A stretch of DNA of 64,000 bases. It comes from a virus. Lineage: Duplodnaviria > Heunggongvirae > Uroviricota > Caudoviricetes. The position numbers and the translations under genes were made by a program. How positions within the stretch are numbered: position 1 is the stretch's first letter; each line of letters begins with the position of its first letter. The stretch lies in the IMG/VR virus record IMGVR_UViG_3300001282_000006; one strand, 5' to 3'. The notes beneath the pieces are model-generated. The model saw only the letters and a program-made list of their open reading frames with translations. It searched no databases and was not told the DNA's origin. Below, in pieces: positions 57,718-64,000 of the stretch.

Positions 57718-58026
57718 ATGGAAGCAATTTATTCATATTACACAAGAAGAGAAACATCAATTGAAACAACTTTGATGTTACTACAAGATTTATTGATGGA
57801 AAGATTAACACCGGAATGGAGAAAAATTTGGGTAAACGCTTCTAACTCAGGTAGAACAAGATTTTGTTTTACCATATTTAATCATCATAATTATACTATG
57901 AGATTTTTAGATGCTGGTTCATTTAGACAATTCAGAACTGATGGAAACTTAGAAGAAGAAATGGAATTAATAGAAAGATTTATTGATTCTTTATCAGAAG
58001 GTATTCTAAATGATGTAATTATTTAA
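57718..58026 (+). CDS. Hypothetical protein.
   Basis: 102-aa ORF. Confidence 0.55.
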   Translation: MEAIYSYYTRRETSIETTLMLLQDLLMERLTPEWRKIWVNASNSGRTRFCFTIFNHHNYTMRFLDAGSFRQFRTDGNLEEEMELIERFIDSLSEGILNDVII

Positions 58027-58127
58027 AAGAGAAAAGGCTTTATTATATATAGACTTATGAAATTTTTGTCTATTATAATAAAGCCTTTAAAAATGTATGT
58101 TAATTGGAGAATTAATTCTCGATTAAA

Positions 58128-59852
58128 TTAACTAATTTTAGATATTATAAACCAAGGGCCGTTATTAGGTGTTGTACCACTTTTTACAATAGTAATTGAT
58201 CCATAATTTGTAGATATTACATAAGAAAAAATACCATCTATTTTATCACCACCAATCGCATTTATTTGAATTTGATTAGCGGTAGCATTACCACCTTCAT
58301 CTTTTATGTGAATAACTTTACCATCTGCTATACCAGCGCTAGCAGGTAAACTTAAACTAATTCCTGATTCGGAAGCTAGTGAATCCACTGGTATATATTC
58401 AATATCAGTAGATGGTGAAGGCGATATTGTTATAGAACCACTCATAGTCATTGAGGGTGTAGACATTAAAAGTGAACCACTTAATCCTGATGTACCACTC
58501 GATCCACTTGTTCCTGATGTTCCACTTGTTCCTGAAGTTCCACTTGTTCCTGATGTTCCACTTGTTCCTGATGTTCCACTTGTTCCACTTGTTCCTGATG
58601 TTCCACTTGTTCCTGATGTTCCACTTGTTCCTGATGTTCCACTTGTTCCTGATGTTCCACTTGTTCCTGATGTTCCACTTGTTCCTGATGTTCCACTTGT
58701 TCCTGATGATCCTGAAGTTCCAGATGATCCTGAAGTTCCAGATGATCCTGAAGTTCCAGATGATCCATTTGCTCCTGGACTGCCAATACTTTGTAAAATA
58801 AAACTTATAGAATAATCTCTATATTCTAATAAAGTTCCATTTGATGCTATAACTCCAGTAAGAGAAATGGTAAATGTATAATGTGTTCCATTATCAGTTG
58901 ATGTGTTTATTGAATAAATACCAAATATAGTAGCATCATCAGATTTAGTTATCTGTAAATAAACACTATCAGCGCTTGCGGTTACCATTGTGTCAATTGT
59001 ACCCAACCAACTAGTAACATCACCATTTAAACTTGTTTTATTTATACTAATTAAATTAATTAATGATGTATCAGTCTCGGAATTAGTGTCAAACTTTTCA
59101 AATGTAGTCGCAGTTGATGTGTTATCTAATGTCCATTTTAAAGTATTGGCAGCATCAGCACCCGAATTTCCGGATGTTCCAGCAGTTCCAGATAATCCAC
59201 TTGTTCCAGATGATCCTCTTGTTCCAGATGATCCTGAACTACCTGATGATCCACTATTACCACCCATTATAACCCAACTAATTGAATATTCTAAGCTGTT
59301 AGTAGGAGTACCATTTGATGAAACCTTAGTAACTTCATATCTCCAGTGTGTTGTTTGGTCAGAACCAGCAGTAACTTGGTAAATACCATATATGTTAGGA
59401 TCAACTAACTCTGATATTTTCATATAAACAGCGCCTGAAAATAAAGTAGCATAATCTCCCAAAGCTGTTAACCAAGATGATACGTCACCAATTTGACTAG
59501 AGTAATTAATTAAAACATAATTATTTGTTTGTGTAAAATCAGCAGTGGTTAATTCAAACTCACCGGTTGTATCTTTATCACCATATATCCATTTTAATGA
59601 GTTACCACCATCTGCTCCACTTGGTCCAGTTGCTCCAATATTTCCGCTTGTACCCGAAGATCCAGATGTACCAGCAGATCCAGATGTACCAGCAGAACCT
59701 GTACCAGCACCTGATCCAATTTCTGTTATAACTCCTGTAGAATCTTTTTGTTTAAATTTTCCATCTAGTGTATCTAAACCCATTATAATACCTGATGAAG
59801 GAGTTGCTGCTCCTGACATATCTGTGTAAGTGGAAAGTGAAATTATACTCAT
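58128..59852 (-). CDS. Collagen-like triple-helix-repeat protein with three (G-T/S-S)n blocks separated by non-collagenous domains.
   Basis: GSAGTSGSAGTSGSSGTSG..., GSSGSSGSSGTRGSSGTSGLSGTAGTSG..., and a long (GTS)n run of ~35 triplets. Confidence 0.8.
   Translation of the reverse strand: MSIISLSTYTDMSGAATPSSGIIMGLDTLDGKFKQKDSTGVITEIGSGAGTGSAGTSGSAGTSGSSGTSGNIGATGPSGADGGNSLKWIYGDKDTTGEFELTTADFTQTNNYVLINYSSQIGDVSSWLTALGDYATLFSGAVYMKISELVDPNIYGIYQVTAGSDQTTHWRYEVTKVSSNGTPTNSLEYSISWVIMGGNSGSSGSSGSSGTRGSSGTSGLSGTAGTSGNSGADAANTLKWTLDNTSTATTFEKFDTNSETDTSLINLISINKTSLNGDVTSWLGTIDTMVTASADSVYLQITKSDDATIFGIYSINTSTDNGTHYTFTISLTGVIASNGTLLEYRDYSISFILQSIGSPGANGSSGTSGSSGTSGSSGTSGSSGTSGTSGTSGTSGTSGTSGTSGTSGTSGTSGTSGTSGTSGTSGTSGTSGTSGTSGTSGTSGTSGTSGSSGTSGLSGSLLMSTPSMTMSGSITISPSPSTDIEYIPVDSLASESGISLSLPASAGIADGKVIHIKDEGGNATANQIQINAIGGDKIDGIFSYVISTNYGSITIVKSGTTPNNGPWFIISKIS
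58500..58770. repeat. Perfect tandem nucleotide repeat (18-nt unit ccacttgttcctgatgtt for ~11 copies, then ccagatgatcctgaagtt for 3 copies) encoding the (GTS)n run.
   Basis: Seen directly in the sequence. It generates spurious repeat ORFs on other frames. Confidence 0.85.
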
Positions 59853-59926
59853 TTGTAGTAATTTTTTTTATTACTCTATATATTATTTTGTCAAATGGCT
59901 TTTATTATTTATCTTTGTTCCGAATT

Positions 59927-60322
59927 ATGGGACACTGTATAAGCGTATATTTAATGAATAAGTCGGAGTTAAGAAATGAAAAGATTAACTCTGTGTTAGA
60001 AAATAAAGAATCTAAAGAAATAAAGTGGATCGAATTACCTCATGATATTTTAGCCACTACTTATATTCACAATGTAAGAGAATTTGGGAAAGATAAAACT
60101 ATTGCTAAAATATCAACAAACTATTTTGGAGGTACCGGTCACCAAGAAGCCAAACTTTTTGTGAATAATAAAAAAGAATATGATAAATCAAGTGAGTTTG
60201 ATTGGACTGAAAGACCTATTAATACAGTTTTAAAAATGATGGATGTTTCTAAAAAAGATCAAAAAGATGAATTTGATACAATTAATTTAAGTAACTATAG
60301 AAGTAACGAAGATTTCAAATGA
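59927..60322 (+). CDS. Hypothetical protein.
   Basis: ATG at 59927. The upstream part of the track ORF overlaps the collagen gene on the opposite strand. Confidence 0.45.
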   Translation: MGHCISVYLMNKSELRNEKINSVLENKESKEIKWIELPHDILATTYIHNVREFGKDKTIAKISTNYFGGTGHQEAKLFVNNKKEYDKSSEFDWTERPINTVLKMMDVSKKDQKDEFDTINLSNYRSNEDFK

Positions 60323-60495
60323 GTCCAATTAAAATGAAATTGATTTTAACAATACCGATGTTTGCTTTAGCCGGTATGATATTTAATCTAGTTATAAACA
60401 ATGACTGTAATATTGAGTATAAAATAATATACACAATACTTGGTTTATTTTTTATTTATGAACCAATTAGAATTTTAAGAATTAAAACAAAGTAA
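60319..60495 (+). CDS. Possible 58-aa membrane protein.
   Basis: MSPIKMKLILTIPMFALAGMIFNLVINND...ILGLFFIYEPIRILRIKTK. Below the ORF-track size cut-off. Confidence 0.3.
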   Translation: MSPIKMKLILTIPMFALAGMIFNLVINNDCNIEYKIIYTILGLFFIYEPIRILRIKTK

Positions 60496-60500
60496 ATTAT

Positions 60501-61571
60501 ATGAAGATAAACGAAAAATTCCTTGAAAGCTATTTGAATAGCAACTCACCGACCGGATTCGAATACGAATTAGGTGGTCAGAAACTTTGGATGGAAAACA
60601 TTGCTAAGTTTGCTGATAAAGTAGAAATTGATAACTATGGTACCGCTTACGGTATTATGGGTAATATGGACTCTGAGTTCAAAGTAGTAATTGAGGCACA
60701 CGCTGACGAAATCAGTTGGTTTGTGAATTATATCGATTCAAAAGGTTACATAAAAGTAATCAAAAATGGTGGCTCTGATGCTACTATTGCGCCTTCAATG
60801 AGGGTTACTCTTTGGGGTGAAAATGGACCAGTAGATGGTATCTTTGGTCACCCAGCAATTCACATTCACTATCGTAAAAAAGAATCTGATTTAGATTCAA
60901 TCTTTATTGATATTGGTGCTTCTTCAAAAGAAGATGTTGAGAATATGGGTATTAAAGTTGGTACAGTTGTTACTTTCAAAGACCAATTCATGAAGTTAGG
61001 AAAAGATTACTACACAGGTCGTGCTTTAGATAATCGCATTGGTGGATTTATGATTGCTGAGGTAGCAAGACGATTAAAAGAAAAAGGTAAAGAGTTACCA
61101 TACAAATTGTATGTTGTCAATTCTGTACAAGAAGAAATTGGTTTAAGAGGTGCTCAAATGATTACTCAAAGTATCAAACCAAATGTAGCAATCATCACTG
61201 ATGTTTGTCACGAAACTTCTTCTCCTTGTTACACTGCTTCTAAAGAAGGTGAACACGTTGCTGGTCAAGGTGGTGTTATCACAAGAGCACCTGCTGTTCA
61301 TAACAAATTGAGAAAGTTAGTAATTGATACTGCTAATAAAAAGAAAATTCCTTTTCAATTGGCGGCTTCATCAACTTCAACTGGAACTGATACAGATGCT
61401 TTTGCTTATTCAAATGGTGGTGTTCCTTCTGTTTTGATTTCACTTCCATTGAAATACATGCACACTACAGTGGAAACCGCACATCGTTCAGATATTGAGA
61501 ATATTATTAAATTGATTTACAATACTCTTCTAAACATTGAAGAAAATCACAATTTTAAATACAATATTTAG
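60501..61571 (+). CDS. M42-family aminopeptidase (FrvX / glutamyl-aminopeptidase-like).
   Basis: SPTGFEYELGGQKLWMENIAKFADKVEIDNYGTAYGIMG...VIEAHADEISWFVNYIDSKGYIKV matches M42 along its length. Confidence 0.75.
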   Translation: MKINEKFLESYLNSNSPTGFEYELGGQKLWMENIAKFADKVEIDNYGTAYGIMGNMDSEFKVVIEAHADEISWFVNYIDSKGYIKVIKNGGSDATIAPSMRVTLWGENGPVDGIFGHPAIHIHYRKKESDLDSIFIDIGASSKEDVENMGIKVGTVVTFKDQFMKLGKDYYTGRALDNRIGGFMIAEVARRLKEKGKELPYKLYVVNSVQEEIGLRGAQMITQSIKPNVAIITDVCHETSSPCYTASKEGEHVAGQGGVITRAPAVHNKLRKLVIDTANKKKIPFQLAASSTSTGTDTDAFAYSNGGVPSVLISLPLKYMHTTVETAHRSDIENIIKLIYNTLLNIEENHNFKYNI

Positions 61572-61669
61572 AAAAAAATTCAGATATTTTTTCTAGTGTG
61601 TTATCATAATAGGATATTCTTAATTTCATTAAGAAACTTATTCCAATCTTCATTAGTCCAAGCAGTACT

Positions 61670-61700
61670 AAAAAAACCTCATCTTAATTGATGAGGTTTT
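61670..61700. terminator. Bidirectional rho-independent terminator.
   Basis: aaaaaaacctcatc-ttaattg-atgaggtttt. Confidence 0.7.
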
Positions 61701-61705
61701 ATAGA

Positions 61706-62215
61706 TTATATTTCTACTTTAGTTATTTCAAAGTAACCACGATGGTCTTTCATACCTACTTCAAATCCTTTCTCAAATTTACAATAGTATCCACCAATCC
61801 AAACTAATCCTACATCTTTATAATCTTCAGTAGCGTATCTTCTATCAGTGCTGGTTATTTCATTATCATCTAATTTTAATTCAGTACCAAATATTCTTGA
61901 AGTATGAACATATATCTCTGAATTTTTAGGATCGTATGATAACCAATGGTCATCTTGTTTACCAGTAAATGATTTACCATTAAATTCGTTTCTAGTTACT
62001 TCAAATGGAGTTGTAGCAACTTTAACAAGATTAAATCTATTATCATTTCTTTTTAAAGTAAATTCACTACCCATAGCCAAAAATGATGGTTTTCCTTCAG
62101 AATTTTTTATATCTTTTAATCTTCTCTCAAATTCAGCTGTTGGTTTTACCGTTATAGAAAACGGATGCTTATTATCTTTATCTGTAAAGTTTTCAAATAG
62201 TTTTAAGTATTTCAT
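61706..62215 (-). CDS. CTS-like-leader protein (MKYLKLFE|NF), paralogue of 62243..62707.
   Basis: ATG at 62215. Shared C-terminal YCKFEKGFEVGMKDHRGYFEITKV compared with CKFDEGVTPGTRDHRGYFEIVSV. Confidence 0.7.
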   Translation of the reverse strand: MKYLKLFENFTDKDNKHPFSITVKPTAEFERRLKDIKNSEGKPSFLAMGSEFTLKRNDNRFNLVKVATTPFEVTRNEFNGKSFTGKQDDHWLSYDPKNSEIYVHTSRIFGTELKLDDNEITSTDRRYATEDYKDVGLVWIGGYYCKFEKGFEVGMKDHRGYFEITKVEI

Positions 62216-62242
62216 AGTCAAGTTTTTTTTTATTATTATTAT

Positions 62243-62707
62243 TTATCTAACTGATACAATTTCAAAATATCCTCTGTGATCTCTTGTACCTGGAGTCACA
62301 CCTTCGTCAAATTTACAATACCAGTTATTAGTTATATTTTTCAAAGAATTAAAACTATTTGGTATATCAATACCTTGGTCCGAGTGTTCGCTAGACTGAA
62401 TTATATTTATTTCATCACCACTATATACAATATAATACCATATGGTATTTTTTCTGTCTTCTTTAGAAAACACTTTAAATAATGGGTAATAATAACCTTT
62501 TCTCATTTCAAGTCCGCCATCACCATAATTATGGTGACCTTCTCCTTCAAGATTTTTTAAGTTAGAAGCGAATCCATGTGCTTGATAAACTTTATCACCT
62601 TCAGTTCCTTTCCAATATTGGTTAATAAAACCATCACCATTAAATTTAACAGTTATTATTTCAGGTTTTTCTTGAGTGAAGTTTTCAAATAGTTTTAAGT
62701 ATTTCAT
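62243..62707 (-). CDS. CTS-like-leader protein (MKYLKLFE|NF), paralogue of 61706..62215.
   Basis: ATG at 62707. The 36 nt spanning the 5' UTR and the first codons are identical to the paralogue. Confidence 0.65.
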   Translation of the reverse strand: MKYLKLFENFTQEKPEIITVKFNGDGFINQYWKGTEGDKVYQAHGFASNLKNLEGEGHHNYGDGGLEMRKGYYYPLFKVFSKEDRKNTIWYYIVYSGDEINIIQSSEHSDQGIDIPNSFNSLKNITNNWYCKFDEGVTPGTRDHRGYFEIVSVR

Positions 62708-62837
62708 AGTCAAGCTTTTTTTATTATTGTATATATTATTTTTTTTAACCAATTTTTCACACAATTTAAGAATTATATCACCATGTATCAATCTTGATTT
62801 TTGTATAAATTCTTCTTGTGTTAATTTTTTAGGCATT

Positions 62838-63200
62838 TTAATATTTAGGTAGTTTCATATCTGTTGTGATTTCAATCTTGAAACCAAATCCAGTATCATC
62901 ATCTGAACTATATTTAACTTCTGAGTCATAACCTCTATTACCATCAAATGTTGTTGGTTTAGGACCATTCATTCTGGCTCTTCTTCTCATTTCTTCTTCT
63001 TTTCTTTTAGATTCTTCTTGGGCAACCATTTGTTCAAATGTTAAACCATTATCAACTTGTTTTGGTTCTTCTCTAGTTGAGAATTGTTGAGGTTGATGTC
63101 CATATTTACGAAGTAACTGTTCTGCCTCCCAACTATCAATATTAGCTGGTTGAGTTTGTTCTTCTTGATTTTGTATAATTCTTACTTCTGGTCTATTCAT
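62838..63200 (-). CDS. Hypothetical protein.
   Basis: 120-aa ORF. Confidence 0.55.
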   Translation of the reverse strand: MNRPEVRIIQNQEEQTQPANIDSWEAEQLLRKYGHQPQQFSTREEPKQVDNGLTFEQMVAQEESKRKEEEMRRRARMNGPKPTTFDGNRGYDSEVKYSSDDDTGFGFKIEITTDMKLPKY

Positions 63201-63204
63201 AATA

Positions 63205-63636
63205 TTAAATTATTTTATCTAAGTATATTTCGTTACCATATCTATCTAATTCCCAACCCTCTATTGGATTATTCTGTAAATATCTATAGTAAACTTTTGT
63301 TCTTTGAGTGATAGCGTCACTTTCATTTCCTTTACCTAAACCTTTTATAGTGATTTCAGAACACCAATCATTTTTACTAATAAAGTCTGATATAATTCCG
63401 TTAAATATAGTTTTCAAAAGACTGAATATGTTTGTTGGAACTAATTCAAATGTCCAGTTATCACCAGTTTTAACTCTATAAACAACTTCAGCTTCACCTT
63501 GTGGTTTTCTATCTATTTCAACTCTAAAATCATTTTGACCATCTGAGAAATAATAATAGTAGGTAGCACCATCTAAACCACCATCTTCAAACGGATAAAA
63601 TTCAATAGATTCAAGTATAGATTTAAGATGTTTCAT
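63205..63636 (-). CDS. Hypothetical protein with a CTS-like leader (MKHLKSILE|SIE|F).
   Basis: 143-aa ORF. TTAATATATACCTTA sits directly upstream of the ATG. Confidence 0.7.
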   Translation of the reverse strand: MKHLKSILESIEFYPFEDGGLDGATYYYYFSDGQNDFRVEIDRKPQGEAEVVYRVKTGDNWTFELVPTNIFSLLKTIFNGIISDFISKNDWCSEITIKGLGKGNESDAITQRTKVYYRYLQNNPIEGWELDRYGNEIYLDKII

Positions 63637-63697
63637 TAAGGTATATATTAAAACTTTTGATATTATTAAAGTATAAATTAATAAAATAATCTATTAT

Positions 63698-64000
63698 ATG
63701 AATATATCTGTTCTTGTAGTAAACTTAAACAATTTACAATTTACAAAAGATTGTGTAAGTGATTTAATGGCACAAGATTGTAATTTTAATTTAACTATTA
63801 TAGACCAAAATAGTTCTGAAGAAGGAACTAAAGAGTATTTTTCAACACTACCTAATGATATAGAGTTTATACAAAATAATATAAACAAACCACTTAATCA
63901 GCTTTGGAATTGGTTCGTATTAAAATCAAATACACCCTACATATGTTTATTAAATAATGATGTTAGAATAGCTTCTAATTTTTTATCATCTGCTATTCAA
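63698..64000 (+). CDS. Family-2 glycosyltransferase, 3' partial. It runs off the window edge.
   Basis: MNISVLVVNLNNLQFTKDCVSDL...LTIIDQNSSEGTKEY...YICLLNNDV is a typical GT2 N-terminus. There is no stop before nt 64000. The ORF track omits it. Confidence 0.6.
   Translation, partial: MNISVLVVNLNNLQFTKDCVSDLMAQDCNFNLTIIDQNSSEEGTKEYFSTLPNDIEFIQNNINKPLNQLWNWFVLKSNTPYICLLNNDVRIASNFLSSAIQ

Noticed and set aside
58500-58770. A regular short direct-repeat array that could be mistaken for a CRISPR array.
   Set aside because: The repeats are contiguous with no unique spacers, and they lie in frame inside a Gly-X-Y coding region.
58472-59829. The six-frame track reports several 90-130-aa ORFs on the plus strand and in alternative minus frames (58472..58801, 58481..58786, 58990..59382, 59545..59829), with low-complexity repeats such as HLFLMF or QEQVEH.
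   Set aside because: They are frame-shifted or antisense readings of the perfect 18-nt tandem repeat and the GXX-coding segments of the collagen-like gene 58128..59852. There is no independent coding signal.
1-64000. Genome-wide stop-codon reassignment, as in some Bacteroidota phages.
   Set aside because: ORFs are long and end with ordinary TAA, TAG or TGA stops. Only one gene (FkbM) shows a homology-supported in-frame stop. No suppressor tRNA (anticodon UUA, CUA or UCA) was evident among the tRNAs as I read them.
60501-64000. Whether the M42 peptidase and GT2 glycosyltransferase (with flotillin and SmpB elsewhere) mean the window is bacterial chromosome or a prophage boundary rather than phage.
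   Set aside because: Gene density, base composition, the shared upstream motifs and the CTS-leader genes continue without interruption through these loci (63205..63636 has the leader, and a TATAAATT box precedes the GT2 gene), so they are read as phage-borne auxiliary genes.

Overview
This AT-rich (~30% GC), gene-dense window reads as part of a large (probably jumbo) bacteriophage genome. The host is likely in Bacteroidota: almost no Shine-Dalgarno sequences precede the start codons, and the encoded bS21 is of the Flavobacteria type. The content is typical of a large myovirus and has a T4-like flavour.

Main features:
- Four huge minus-strand structural or fibre proteins of 1055 to 1436 aa.
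- Two collagen-like (G-T/S-S)n proteins and a LamG-domain fibre protein.
- An SbcC/gp46-like ATPase, an NAD-dependent DNA ligase, thioredoxin, Dam and FkbM methyltransferases, a Sir2 homologue, a sigma-70-family sigma factor, DnaJ and a Toprim protein.
- Three metallopeptidases (M16, M28, M42) and a flotillin-like protein.
- A cluster of 15 tRNA genes plus one tRNA-like element at 55.8 to 57.7 kb, bounded by rho-independent terminators.

Observations that stand out:
- At least ten otherwise unrelated proteins begin with a T4-type capsid-targeting-sequence-like leader (MK.LK.FE.F / M.K.Y.EFIKE).
- The phage carries a dispersed translation toolkit: bS21, a bL12-C-terminal-domain fusion, an S1-domain protein, SmpB, a candidate CCA-adding enzyme and a YqeY/GatB-domain protein.
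- SmpB has no obvious partner tmRNA, but a 480-bp ORF-free GC-richer region at 53.5 to 54.0 kb is a candidate structured RNA.
- Two tRNA genes carry short insertions that share a conserved motif.
- A family of tRNA-Lys-like paralogues has expanded variable regions.
- The FkbM methyltransferase gene is interrupted by a single in-frame TAA.
- The giant fibre proteins share W-x2-G-x-F-x2-G repeats and a common C-terminal AGKVG tail.
- A TTAATATATAC motif and TATAAATA (T4-late-like) boxes recur just upstream of start codons.

All calls come from reading the sequence and from remembered family motifs. No database search was possible.
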